From the NCBI RefSeq assembly GCF_006345805.1, contig NC_043003.1, positions 111,290,001 to 111,354,000 on the forward strand: a stretch of DNA of 64,000 nt. Direction: 5' to 3'. Shown here piece after piece: positions 37,507-51,879 of the stretch. A model generated the notes under the pieces. The model was not told the DNA's origin. It worked only from the letters and a program-made list of their open reading frames with translations, and did no database searches. Position numbers and translations under genes: made by a program. The stretch is from Octopus sinensis. Lineage: Eukaryota. Each line of letters starts with the position of its first letter. Position 1 is the stretch's first letter.

Positions 37507-39413
37507 TACATCCTAGTGGTTGAGGCTATACTCATGAAGTAATGTAGATAATTAAGTAACATAAACAGATTTCCAAAGTTCATTAAAGTTCTTTAAAGAT
37601 GATGTACAGTCTTATCACAGAATTTTAAAAAAGTTTTAATAGCATCACAGAGAAGGTGACCTAATCCATAGTGCACATATGAATTTCCAGAGATATGAGG
37701 AGGGATTACATACTCACAGACGACAAATTTATCCATTGTTAATCACAACGAGGTGGGTCTCAATTCCTGCTTATTAGCATTACAGAGAGGGTGGATTAAT
37801 CCTTTGTATAGATGCACAATTTCCAATGGTGTAGATGTAAATTTCCAGAGAAATGAAGAGGAATTTCATATTCACAGGCGATAAATTTATCAGTGGTTGA
37901 ACAGGTAGGTATCAATTCTTGTTATATGATTTGGTATTTGCCACATTAATCACATTACTGCTATTTACAAGAGGCTGTAGCTATTTAACTTTTAAAGGCT
38001 GAAGGGCTTACTAGAGATGCAAAGAACAGAAAAGGGAAGGGAAGAAAAGAAAAGAGAGAAAATTAAGGAGGAGGGAGCAAAAAGGGGAGATCAGGGAAAT
38101 GAATAGTACTTATACGCTGCTTAATTGAGGCTTTATTTAATTTCAAACTCATAATTTTAAATCTTAATTTTAAATCTTAATTGTAATTTTTAATTTTAAT
38201 TCTTAACTTAATCTAATTTAAGTAGCATAACTTAATAAAATAAAATGAGTTACTAAAGCCCCATAATTCTATTTCAAAATTAAATAAATAAGGCTACTCC
38301 TTCGGTGATAATATGATTATCCTCATTATGATAGACAATTCCTAACACCTTGTAAATGATCTTCTAAGATTTGACCTGTAGTCCGTCAATGTATGAATAA
38401 TAACGGCAACTCCTTAAGACACACAAAATGAACAAATGAAATAAATAAATTTTAATGAATTTTGATAAGATTATACTTAGATTTTCCTAATGTATTTTCT
38501 TTTGATTTTAGCCTCTGACTCCTAAACCCCTGACCGTGTTATCTCTTTAGATTCTCTTTAAATTCATAGCTGATTTCAACAGCAATAAATTAGCTGTTTT
38601 ACTGGTCAAAGAATAATATTCTCCTCTAGTTCCTAGATGCCTGTAACTTAAAACCAGACTTGCCGTCTACTAATTCTTCTGTATAACTAGAAACCTCTTT
38701 TTTTCTTTTTCTTCTTTTTTTTCCCTTCTTTCCCTATTTCTTTCTCTTTTCTCTTTTTTCTTTTTCTTCTTCTTATTCTCTTTTTCCTTTTCTCCTCTCT
38801 TTTAGTCCCCCTCCCCCCCTTTTTGCTCCCTCCTCCTTATTTTCTCTCTTTTCTTTTCTTCCCTTCCCTTTTCTGTTCTTTGCATCTCTAGTAAGCCCTT
38901 CAGCCTTTAAAATAAATAGCTACAGCCTCTTGTAAATAGCAGTAATGTGATTAATGTGGCAAATACCTAATCATATAACAAGAATTATACCTACCTCATT
39001 GTGTTCAACCACTGATAAATTATCGCTGTGAATATGAAATTCCTCTTCATTTCTCTGGAAATTTACATCTACACCATTGGAAATTGTGCATCTATACAAA
39101 GGATTAATCCACCCTCTCTGTAATGCTAATAAGCAGGAATTGAGACCCACCTCGTTGTGATTAACAATGGATAAATTTGTAGTCTGTGAGTATGTAATCC
39201 CTCCTCATATCTCTGGAAATTCATATGTGCACTATGGATTAGGTCACCTTCTCTGTGATGCTATTAAAACTTTTTAAAAATTCTGTGATAAGACTGTACA
39301 TCATCTTTAAAGAACTTTAAGGAACTTTGGAAATCTGTTTATGTTACTTAATTATCTATATTACTTCATGAGTATAGCCTCAACCACTAGGATGTCTAGA
39401 GAACTCACATGTA

Positions 39414-39504
39414 TTTTAGCTGATGAGTACGGGACACGTTTATATGCTGTAATTTTTGCAACATTTAATAAAGCCTGTCCTTGTATGAAACGATTGTACT
39501 AAAA
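39414..39504 (+). ncRNA. Hammerhead ribozyme motif with extended stem II (right arm)
   Basis: TTTTAG-CTGATGA-GTACGGGACA..~40 nt..TGTCCTTGTAT-GAAA-CGATTG-TA/CTAAAA: 6-bp stem I, ~10-bp stem II with wobbles and a bulge, GUA triplet ending at 39498. Confidence 0.7.
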
Positions 39505-39538
39505 ACCTATCCATTCTTGTTGCTTCTTTCTCGCTTAT

Positions 39539-39606
<68 letters not shown>

Positions 39607-40385
39607 CATATACATATATATACACATATATAAAGAGAGATAGAGATAGAAATATAGATAGATATATGCATACATACATATTTTACCTATATTGTATAAT
39701 AACCCATTAATTTACAAAAACCGAAAAGATTACCACAATCGTACTTAATGGAAATTTAACTATATTTATGCATGCAACCATGTTGCGTTCCATTACAACT
39801 TACATTTTTTGGTATATTAAGAGGGACGACACATCGTTATATTTTCTTAACCATGAATGCTTCTTTTAGCGTGAATTGTTAATATACAAAACATTTACAA
39901 TGATATAACTTCTACAAAATATGTATTAAGTATATAACAGATGTAACTACTTTGAAAACATAAGAGATTACTCAGTGCAAATTTTTAATTTTGGAGTCTT
40001 TCAGAAAACAAATATTCAGTTCATTGCATATAAAGCATAATTAACTGTAATATTAAGAAATTGAATTCTGCGCATATATGCATTATGCATTCGTGTAGTC
40101 AACCATATGTTCATTTCATTTCACTGGTGGAAAATCCCACGAATAGCAATCCCATTCTCAATTTATTGAATACGTGATGTCCTCCGCATATCTATCTATC
40201 GATCTATCTATCTATATATAATATATATATATCCACATGGTAAGAAGACAGAGAAATATATGTAACACATCTTTGATGATTCATTACAAATGGCTCTGTA
40301 CCATTTATTTAGCCATCTAAGTTATCTATCTTTCTACGTATCTATCTATCTATCTATCTATCCATCCACCCATCCATCTATTTAT

Positions 40386-40460
<75 letters not shown>

Positions 40461-40502
40461 TATATACATATATATATTACTCTTTACTCTTTTATTATTT
40501 TA

Positions 40503-40890
40503 TTTATTTCAGCCATTTGACTGCGGCCATGGGGGAGCACTGCCTGTAAATCGACCCCAGGACTTATTCTTTGTAAGCGTAGTACTTATTCTACCGGACT
40601 CTCTATTGCCGAACAGCTAATTTACGGGGACGTGAACACACCATCAATCGACAAGCAGTGTTGAGGGGACAAACACAGACATAAGCATACACACACATAC
40701 ACACACACATATATATATATACATATACGACGGGCGTCTTTCAGTTTCCATCTACCAAATCCACTCACAAGTCTTTGGTTGACCCGAGCCTATATTAGAA
40801 TACATTTGTCCAAGTTGCGACGCAGAGGGAATGAACCCGGTACCATGTAGTTGGTAAGCGAGCTATTTATCACACACCCGCTCCTGCAAG
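40503..40890 (-). mobile_element. SINE family A, near full length
   Basis: Reverse complement shows a tRNA-like head (..ACATGGTACCGGGTTCATTCC), body, internal microsatellite and tail GGCAGTGCTCCCCCATGGCCGCAGTCAAATGGCTGAAA. Confidence 0.8.
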
Positions 40891-42281
40891 CCTAGCTACT
40901 GGCTACTGTACTGGCTACATACATATACGAGCTTATTTTTCGTAATAAATTAACCGTATGATGGAAATAGCCTTTCTCTATAATAAACATACGACGAAAA
41001 TTTAATGCATGTTAGATTCGTTCCCTACAATGTCTCTATCCCTTAGAGAATGTTGAATAACATGTCAAAACATCAAGGACAATGATAAAGGTGCAATTTA
41101 AAAATAAAATATTTTGAGGAAGAATACAACTAATATGTTACAGTTAAGCACAAACCCTTCCAATAATTTCCTAAACAAAGAAATACACACTCTCTGTTAA
41201 ATCCGGTTATTGTGCAAACAATACTAAACTCTAAATATATATCCATATGCTGGCGAACTCTTTTAAACAACGATTCACCCACCAAACATAATTTTGATGA
41301 GTGGTTTCGTAAGTACTCACATACGGAACATTGGTTCGAACAGTGAAAAAAATACCTATATGGATGAGGTCATCACCACGAAACCAAGCTTAATGTCACT
41401 AAGGTTAAATCACAATGGTTGGTTACTTGAAAAAAGAAACTTATCTCAGATAAGTTAGTACAGCATTCAGAAGCAAAGAGTTACGAGACATGGTGAAATA
41501 TTCTACATTCAAGCAACCCTATTGTATATTCATCTGGAAATAGTTACATGAAAAATTTTTCACTTAGACTTGTAAGCCTCACCTTCAAGAACCTGAATAT
41601 TCTTATTTCATTCGTTGCAACATTTAGAATGTACATACATTCACACACACTCACACACACATATACACACATATTCACATATATAATTACATACACGCAC
41701 ACACACACACACATATATATAATATATTTGAATGTGTATGTGTATACACACACACGTAAATATATATGTACCTACATATGTTTCCATATATACATATATA
41801 AGTAGATATAAATACATATACATACATATATACACTCACACGGACACACACAAACACGCGCATATATACATGTTTGTATGTATTTATTTTGTGGGAATGG
41901 ATGTATGGATTGTGTGAGATGTCATGATTACCTTCAAAGTTCTTACACATATGTCACCAGCAAAATAGGTTTGTATCTTATCGGCTTTTGTTCCATTTCT
42001 GTTTCTTTCATGTTCGTTGTTCATCACACTTCATACTTTCAAGAAAAAAGTCATAATCTAATCTACGTTGTGCTCGCTTCTGACACTTCACTGGTCATTT
42101 GAAAGCACGTTGTAAAATAATATTTTAGCATGGAATATCTAAATCTTAAGCATTGCTAGGTTTCATTACCCGCCCACTTCACAACGCACACGCATACTGT
42201 CACGCACAGATACTCACAAAATAGGAAAATGTGTATCACAAGTGATGTTACTCTGTCTGTGTAGGTGTGTAGACATATGTG

Positions 42282-42352
<71 letters not shown>

Positions 42353-42433
42353 GTGTATATCATATTAGAAGAACAAAGGCAGGACGTATATATATATGTG
42401 GGTGTATATGCATGTATGCATGTTTTTTGTGAT

Positions 42434-42472
<39 letters not shown>

Positions 42473-42629
42473 TATATATATAATATATATATAATATATA
42501 TATATATATATTATATATATATATATATACATATGTGTACATCATATTAGAAGAAAAAAGGACAGCAAAAACAAAGGCAGGACGTATATATATATGTGGG
42601 TGTATATGTATGTATGTATGTTTTTGGGG

Positions 42630-42674
<45 letters not shown>

Positions 42675-45600
42675 GTGTATGTGTGTGTGGTGTACAAGAA
42701 TGTTCGTAAGTATGCTTTCCTTTGCTCGCATGTGCACACACACGTTTATTTATAAATGATGGATGTGAATGCATGCATATACATAGGTGTACATGTATGT
42801 ATCGGAATATATATAAGTAATATTATATCTATGGTTTCATATGTACCATGATATATCTGCATATATATGCAGTCATACATACACACGCACACAGATATGT
42901 GTATGTCTGTACGTATATGTATGTTGTATCAAGAAATTTGCCGAATGTGAAGAAGCTAATCGCCTTTATCCCATTTCGTTTTCATTTTTTTTTCTCTACA
43001 GCTAATACTATACAATGGAAGATAATCCTATCCAACAATGTAAGCATTGCATTCCAACGTTGCAGATTCTTTAGCAATCTCCAGGCAAAATCACTGTATT
43101 GATTTATCCAGTGTATTACGTTTTAATGGAAAACCTTTTTCTCCATAGCATAAAAATATCATCGAAAACTTCTAGCGCTTAGATGCTACTGATTACGTTG
43201 ATTCTTTTTATTTTTTTTAGTGTTGCTGTTACTTTTATTATTTTGCCGAAGATCATTTCTACTGCAAAATGTCTATAATCAAAAGATTCGAACAACGTCC
43301 AACATGTATGTTTGTATATCACGGTCTACATAATCCAATATAGACTTCATTATTTACAAAGGTAATATATTAGATAACGGAGACGCGGTTGCTCTTCTAA
43401 AACGGTTATTCTCTACGCAAAATATTACTCGTTGGTTTCTGAAGTAAAGTGACTGTCCTAAAAAATTACGTCTGGAGTATTTTTTATATGCTGAATATTT
43501 TGCTTGTAGAAATTTTTTATATAGATGACCCCTTTATGCTGGACATCAAGACAAGACGTAAAAACAATAAATATAAATCAAATTATTAGCATGATTTAAT
43601 ATATTGCAGCTTTTATTTATAAAACACGATATTTAATTTTTTAGAGGCATTTATTTCTATATTTTTGTTTAACAAAGCCTGAAATCAAATTATTCATTTC
43701 ATATCTAGTATTTAGGCAAGGAAATGTTTCGTAATGATAAGTATGTAATTGAATTTAACGAACGTATTCTAATTCCACACAACGTGTATATACCCACACC
43801 GACTGAACTCAAATTATGAGTGTTTCTATCGTTTCTTAGACTTGGGTTAGCACTGATCAAGCAAGTTTATAAAAAAATATTTCCCCCTATACACATAACG
43901 TCTACTTCTCAGAAGGTGAAGAACAAGGTCCTTAGAGCTTGGAAAAAATTGCTTCACAATGTTTGTTCGAAAACCCTGCACACATAGTTCAACCCACACT
44001 GAGATTATATTAGCTTTTCATCCTTTTGAAATCAGTTAAATGAAGGTGGATGCTTTGTGATATTTTTCGAATGTTTGCATTCTGAATTCAAATGCTTACC
44101 ACCACCGTCTTGGGTGGTAGAATTAACTCGTCACCAGATGTAAAACCACAAGATGGTACCGTAGGGCACTTTAGCCAATTCCACTTCGTTGAAAGCATTC
44201 GAGCCAGATTTTCGTTTCAAGATATATCCCTCCCTCCCACCAGTTTTTAAGACCCCGTGACAGACTATGGAGTTTACCTTCCTTCCTGACTAAACATAAA
44301 AATTATCTAGGAATAGATTGCTCATTCCTTTTTAACGTTCGTAAGATGGTCGAATAGAATTTCAGTTAGGTACCGTCTGTGGATCTTTAATCTATGATGA
44401 TTCACATATATTTAAACTAGACAATAAGTTTACTGTGATCCAAAACTTTCAGAGAAATATTCTGTAATATGAACCTGAGTCCATATTTTCAGTGATTTTT
44501 TGATTAGGATATACACTTTTTGATCGTCATAAATATAAAATAGCATTGCTCAGTACTAAAACACGGTGTCTATTTACACACATTATGAAGGCGGAATGTT
44601 AACGTTTTGAACTCATAGACGAGTGTTAACAGATGCTTCAGTATGACATATCACTGCTTGAATTGTTCAAAGTTGTTGGTATTTCATTTCTGTTCTAATG
44701 TATAAAATCAATAAACCCTTCTCCATCTCATTTGTATGTTGCTTAAGCCATTAAATATCGTGATAACGAGAGAGATTAATGCTAGAAATTCACCGAGAAT
44801 CCCATTGAATTTCACATGAGATAATTGTCAATAGGATAATGAAGTTCTCATCAGATTAATAAGCGATTGATTTCATAAATGGGTTAGGTTATTACATTAT
44901 TCTATGCTGTGGAAATGATAATATTCGTTCGATTATTTTATCTCAAGTGGAGTTAAACCTATGATAAATGAATTTCATTTGAAATATCTTAAATTATTAT
45001 TTCAGTAAAAAAATCTAGAAGTCATTTAAACAGGAGCTTGTAATTTAGAATTCAGAACTATTATAAACAAAGTGAAAACATATCAAGAACTTCGTGTCAT
45101 ATTTTCTAACATTTGCTGAATAGTTTTCTCTCAAATTATCGTATAAATAAACTAATGCGGCATTCGATGTTTATCAGTACTTTAATCTTCAGCTCATCGA
45201 TAAATTAGGGAAATTTACGAGCCATTAAGGGAGGCCTGTTGTCCTCATGCCACTAAAGTACGCAGCCATCTTCCAATCAACTTGCATTCTGCATCCTTAA
45301 AATGTATTCAGATAAATTGTAAACGTAGTTACTCTACACAAACTGACACAAACTGACACAAGTCTAAGGATGGAATGCTTTTGTTCCTAGGTGTTTCCAA
45401 TCATGTTTGTCGCGAGGTTTAAAGAACAACGACAACGGCACTGATGACTATTTCTCAGTAAGTGTGATCGACAAGAGCATTTGATGCTCTATAACATTCA
45501 GAAGCAAATACACTAAAATCATTGATGTCAATTTCAAATTACAAATCTGTTTTATACAACAACATTAATAGGAATATGACATTCAAATGCCTGATTTCGT

Positions 45601-45978
45601 GTTATGTTTCCAAAACTGCACTTTTTTTTCTCTGAATTGTAGCAAAGAATTATGACATACGGTACCCGAAAGCGAGCACAAACTAATCTACAATATTTCT
45701 TAACCTATATATGCAATTTCCTGGAAAACTTTCGATCAATTTCTGACATGCATCGTACGCTTTTCTCTTTCACTCTACTCTCCGAAAACTGGAGCAAAGC
45801 AGTGATTACTCAATACAGAGAAAAACAAATACCGGTATATCCCGAAATATTGCGATAACGTTATGCACACCTACATATCTACCTATTTAACAATCTATAT
45901 AACTATATATGTGTTTCTGTGTGTATGTGTTTATGTATGTATGTGTGTGTATGTATGAATTTTTTAAATGTATATACT

Positions 45979-46039
<61 letters not shown>

Positions 46040-46299
46040 AGAAAAAGAAGCAGTCAGAATTTTGGATAATTCATTCATTGACGGGATTTTTAAGACAAAC
46101 ATTAAAACCTAAATCATGATTAATAGTTGTCTTGAAGAGATCGTTTAGCGAACAAAAGAGCTAATAAAGAATTATGCAAAGCACCGACTGCTATCTTTTA
46201 ATCAACATACGATATCTGTACACCTCTTCCAACATACACACACACACTCACTCACCGCTCTCTCTCTCTCTCTCTCTCATCCACGACAGCAGTCATGCT

Positions 46300-46376
46300 T
46301 TCTTTCTGTTTAAGTCGTTCTCCGTTCCCCCAGGACACTCTCAACTTCTATTGACTCTTGACATTAAAAGTTTCTA
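46300..46376 (+). mobile_element. Possible Penelope RT motif fragment
   Basis: FKSFSVPPGHSQLLLTLDIKSFY resembles the Penelope RT motif L.T.D(V/I)KSLY; very short. Confidence 0.4.
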
Positions 46377-46520
46377 CAGTAATCCCTCGACTATCGCTGG
46401 TGATACATTCCAACCCCCACTCCGCTATAGGTAAAAATCCACGAAGTAGAAACGATACTCTACTGTATAGGTTTTTTAAAATTATTTTTACAATTTGTAT
46501 ATCTTTATTTTATTGTAAAT
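46375..46520 (+). mobile_element. Tc1/pogo-type transposon or MITE terminal fragment
   Basis: TA|CAGTAATCCCTCGACTATCGC resembles a pogo/Tigger-type TIR start; no partner TIR found. Confidence 0.4.
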
Positions 46521-46524
46521 GCAA

Positions 46525-46592
46525 AACACGGGCGTCGTGGCTAAAAGCGCGGCTACTAACCCCAGAATTCCGAGTTCGATTCCAGGAAGTGA

Positions 46593-46595
<3 letters not shown>
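46525..46595 (+). mobile_element. Short tRNA-like SINE head
   Basis: GTCGTGGCTAAAAG..GAGTTCGATTCC (box A/B) followed by (AAT)n. Confidence 0.5.
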
Positions 46596-46625
<30 letters not shown>

Positions 46626-46634
46626 ACAACATTG

Positions 46635-47110
46635 TTTTGTCTTGGTATAAAAGCTGGGCTACAGGAAATATTCTGCTCAATATCACAGATTTGCTTGTCA
46701 GTTTCTTGACCATAACCAGTTGAGCATGTCACTTAGTGGCTGACGACATGTGAATCTCTGATCACAAGCAGAAGTAGTGGGGGAGCATCATAGCCATGTA
46801 TTGAGAGGGATTATTTGAGGTTTGAATAATTCATTCTGGAAACATGGGTGTTTCGTTCAACATCCTTAAACAACCTTAATATAGGGACCTTTTTAGCGGG
46901 ATGGGTTCCTCGGTGAGAAGAAAATTCTAACTGGGCCCCTACCTGCAAGGTCATGTGCTGGTTATCTTGATATGAGATTACCATGTAACGGTACACATGG
47001 TGGTGATGCATGTGCCTAGTGTACATTTATCAGACGGGTGGTTATGATGGGTATACTGGGCTTCGTATATTTTACCCCAGTGTCACTTTATTGGCATGTA
47101 CTGCTGTCTC
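46635..47110. mobile_element. Interspersed repeat family B, second copy
   Basis: Colinear with 21835-22325. Confidence 0.75.
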
Positions 47111-47116
47111 ACTCAC

Positions 47117-47149
<33 letters not shown>

Positions 47150-47158
<9 letters not shown>

Positions 47159-47340
47159 CATTGAATAATACCTTAGGAATGAGAACTCAGGTTCGAAATT
47201 TCCCAAAGACACCTGATGAAGGCTGGAGGATATATCAGCCGAAACGCTGTGTTAACAACAAAGATGAGGACAAATATCCGTCAAATGAAACTAATGTAAA
47301 TAAAGTGCATAATTCCTCATCTCTTAAATATAGAACTGTA
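47150..47340 (+). mobile_element. Penelope-like terminal fragment with HHR-like motif (47208-47253)
   Basis: GACAC-CTGATGA-A-GGCTG gaggatatat CAGCC-GAAA-CGCT-GTGTT: stems I and II intact, but the U16.1 position reads C. Follows an (AAT)n tract. Confidence 0.55.
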
Positions 47341-49013
47341 ATTGATAGATTGTTCATTAAATAAATATGGTTGACTATCATGAAAAATGTCAAAACTTAA
47401 TCAATTCCGACTCAATAACTGTGCATAATAAATACCTAACATGATTTTACTAACCTAGTAAATAATGAGGGTGTTCTATATTAAGATGTTTATTTTATGC
47501 TCTAAGATAGTATGGAACTTTGCCCATGAACTAGAACTATAAGCTAATTAAAAGATATGTTCTAAATTTTATTGACGATAATATTTAACCATTTCTAATT
47601 CTTATACTTAATCATACTTATTATCAATCAATTAAAAGGCGGTGAACCGGCAGATCTGTTAGCACGCAGGGCAAAATGCTGAGTGGTAAATCATGCGTCT
47701 TAATGTTTGACCTTCATTATTTATTTCTACTTTTCGTGCTTTACCTATTTAGGTGAGCTGGCAGAATCGTCACCTCGCCGGAAAAAAAAGGTTTAGCACC
47801 ATTTCTTGCTATCTTATATTCTAATTAATCGAGTTCCCCCTTCCGTCGAAGTTACTGGACTTGTGCCAAAGCCTAAAACGATTATTAATAATTTATCCCA
47901 GTTTCGTTTCTGGAAGTTCTTAAAATATAGTGGACAAATGACATACGAAAATACAATGTTGTTATAATTTGGGATGGTCATTCTCTTTTCTATATCTTTT
48001 TTTTTTTTAAATAAGCATACGCACTCAATATTCTTTCCTCACTTCAGCTCTATGATGGAGAATCGCTGAAGAGGTTAAAAGACATATCACGAATGATTTC
48101 AGATATACAGCACTAAAATAAGAACAATAATAAAGCTGAAGAGAAGAACGAGTATATAGTGCGTGTGCTTATAAGATAGAAATATTGACAATTTCGAAAT
48201 ATAACAATATTTGTTTCAACGCAAGATTTCACATCGAGAATCTTGCAAAACAAATACATAAACGAAAATACTGCGATAAAACGTATTATAGCGTGTCAGT
48301 TTAGAAGCTGATGAAAACAAATATTGTTGAGATCATTAATATAATGAATGGTGAAACATACATCTTTCGATCTTATACAAAGTTAGAAACAAGGAATTGA
48401 GAAAGGCGAATATTTCCGTTCTTCTCTCCATAATGTAAAAAAAGTTGTAGGGAGAGGGAAAAGAAAATATGACGAACGTACAAAACAAAATGCATGAGAA
48501 ACACGGAAACGAATGAAGTAGTGTTGGGAAAAGATAAAGACAAAAGAATTAGTATTAGAAGAAAGGAGGAAGGAGAGGAATAAGAGAAGGAAGAGGAGAG
48601 AGAATGAGAGACAGAGAGAGAAACAGAGCTGGAAGAATTGAGGAGAAGACTTAGAAGTAGGTGGCGTAGGGGAAAATGAAAGCAAAGAATCAAAGAATAA
48701 AGGACAGAAACCTTTGTTTGTCAAGCAATATAGACTTATTTTTGAAAAAAAATTGAAACAAAAATACCACTGTTCGAAGGAGAGAAAAAAAACGTGTGGC
48801 ATAAATTGTGCGAGATAGATCCCCATGTGACTATCTCATTCATAATTTCTACTTGTTCATAAACAACGACAGTATTTCTATACATATGAATGTTTTCATT
48901 GCGATAGTCTATTGATTATCTCGCCTCGTGCGTGATGTTTTATTGTATTGCATTTATATACGTATACTATATACTTATCCTTCATGCAAACGCGCACATA
49001 TACATAGTTGCAC

Positions 49014-49059
<46 letters not shown>

Positions 49060-49416
49060 TATATATTATATATACACACTATATATATATACATATATAT
49101 ATTCATACTTATATATACATAATATACATACATATAATACATATTTATACATATATATACATACATATACATATATATATGCATATATATATATATATAT
49201 TATATATATTATATATACATATATATAAATATATATACATAAATATATATATATACATATATATACATATATATATATACATACATACATATATATATAC
49301 ATACAAATATATATATATATAATATATATATATACATATATACATTACACACACACTCATATATATATATATATTATATATATATACATATATACATATA
49401 TACTACACACACACTC

Positions 49417-49516
<100 letters not shown>

Positions 49517-51879
49517 CGTATACACATATATATATAACCAACCAACCAGCCTCATTAAAAAGCCGCCAACATAAAAGTATAGGATGATAAACAAAATATT
49601 GAATGAGAGACATTTTATCGAGTTTGATGTTTCAATAGGTTTTAGTCTCTGGCGGAGATGTTGAAGCAAAAGTGAAGAAACTACTTTTCTGTCTTCATAA
49701 AGTCGTTGTTTTTACTAAGACATCCACCATTGTAACGCTCAAGCAATTACAAATACGTTTTAGTTCTGCTCTCGCGCGTGTGTGTTCGCGTGCGTGCGTG
49801 CATGAGTGTTTGTGTTTTTGTGTGTATTTGCGCGCGTTACTGTAAGACTGTGAGCGTATGTATTCTCCATTTTCACATTTATTTGTCATAGTGGCGTCAG
49901 TATGTTACATTATTTTTTTGCAATACATACAAACATCAAATAACAAAGGAGACTTCAAACATGATCGTGTATTTGAAAATAGAAACAGCTATAGAAGTAC
50001 GAATGTTTCTTCATGTATAAAAGAGAACTGACTATGTGTATAAGATATTTGTTTAGGAGCTCATAACTCATAAATTCCTTTTATATTTATCTCTGTACTC
50101 CGTGTGTGTGTGTTTTGTAGTGTGTGTACGTTTGTTTTCTATTATGAATAAAGACCATTGGCCTGCGTTACAATGACGCCAGCTCCCTTTAACTTTATGG
50201 AAAGAACTGGAAATTTAGGAGGTCAATAATTTGAGCAATATTAAATCGTCCGAGAATTTTAGATTTTACTAGCATTATGACCCGACGTTGTCGGGTTATA
50301 GTGCTAGATTGGCATAAATTTGTTAAATCAAAAATTTGGGGTAATAAAACATACAATGACATATTAAAAAGACGAATTAAAATTCCAGAGAAAAATACGT
50401 AGAAGATAAATATACAAATTTACAAAAATACATAAAAGTTCATCATAAAAGTTCGGAGATGCACCAATTAATATGAAACATATATATTTAAAATTGACAC
50501 TCTTCTCGTCAGGATGTTTTTTACACACAACACATAGTACGCGGAAACAAATGCTCAATTGCATACCGGATACATGCGAAAGACCAGACATTACGTACTC
50601 CCAAAAATCCCATAGATACTGAATGCTACTTTATAAGCATATAATCCAATCTAGCAGCTATAGTAAATGGTATGCGCACAGCTCCATCTGGACTAATTCA
50701 CTTCTGCACTCAATTAAATTTTTCATCTTTTAATTTCTCCCATTCATGCAAAGCCACATATTCGAGTTCAAGTCCTTGATACATTTTATACTAATTGCTA
50801 ATTTTCTTTTAATTGTTATATTACGATTTAATTACCATACTTTAGTTTTATTTTAATTACTATTTACTATATTTACTATATTTAATTCGATTGTTATTAT
50901 TACCTCTAAGTTTTATTGCAATTATAATTTCTCAATTTCTTATGGAACGTAAGTGGATGTTATGCGTACAATATATTTTTATATGAGGTTTATATATTTA
51001 TATATTACTATATATTTCTAAACGTCAGGCGTTATGCCTGTTCTGTAGATATAAATGAATATATGAATATATGTATGTGTTTGATCTTTCTGTTGATTTT
51101 GTAGTGCTCTTGTAGTTGCTGCTTGCATTGCCTCCCCTCGGGTTTAACATGTGTATACAGCTCATTTGAGCACTACTATTCGAGTCTGTTATATATTTTG
51201 AGCGTTGTTGTCACTAACGATCTCAAGATATAAATTTATATTTTGTAATATATATATATATACATCCATATACATACAATAGAGAGATGTTTCTGTTTCA
51301 CTTTTAACACCTAATACTGAAATAGTCGAGAAGATATGATATTGCTGTGGGCTCGCTCTAGGCAAGAAGTTAAACATTTCTTTTTGCCCATGACACTACA
51401 TGGACCCTAAGTAAGACATGTATAAAATTTGAATGAAATTGGTTGCGTGGTTCTCAAGTTTTAGGGAAACACACAGACAGACAGACACACACACACACAT
51501 TCTCAGTTTTATATATAGAGAGTTTGCTTATTCGTCACTTAAAATGTTAGAATTAATTTAAGTTATTTGGTTAAATTTTATAATTCTTGTAAAATGCATT
51601 TATCCGAAAAAAACAACTCTGAATAAGAAGAGCTTTATATGTTGCTTGATGCATTAAAGAGGTCCTATTGTGAAAACAGTAAAAACTGAAAGCTTCTTAC
51701 GAAGAAGATATATATTACATAGACTTTATATATTTTTAGTACATAGGCCCACGTATTTAGACACCGGCCCTATGACCAGTACCTAAATAGACTAATATCT
51801 CTTGACTGTCTGTTTCTGGTGATGTGCCATTTTGCCTAAAATATATAAGGATCATTGATTATATTCCCTTAAAATCTTT

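Larger units (their letters stand above)
37381..39539. repeat. Long inverted repeat: ~710 bp arms (37381-38087 and 38816-39539) around a ~730 bp AT-rich spacer
   Basis: Arms are reverse complements with only scattered mismatches and a few indels, the largest a 17-nt segment at 39395-39411 absent from the left arm. Confidence 0.92.

Noticed and set aside
41290-41500. Possible mariner N-terminal remnant
   Set aside because: Resemblance limited to a few residues; too decayed to support.
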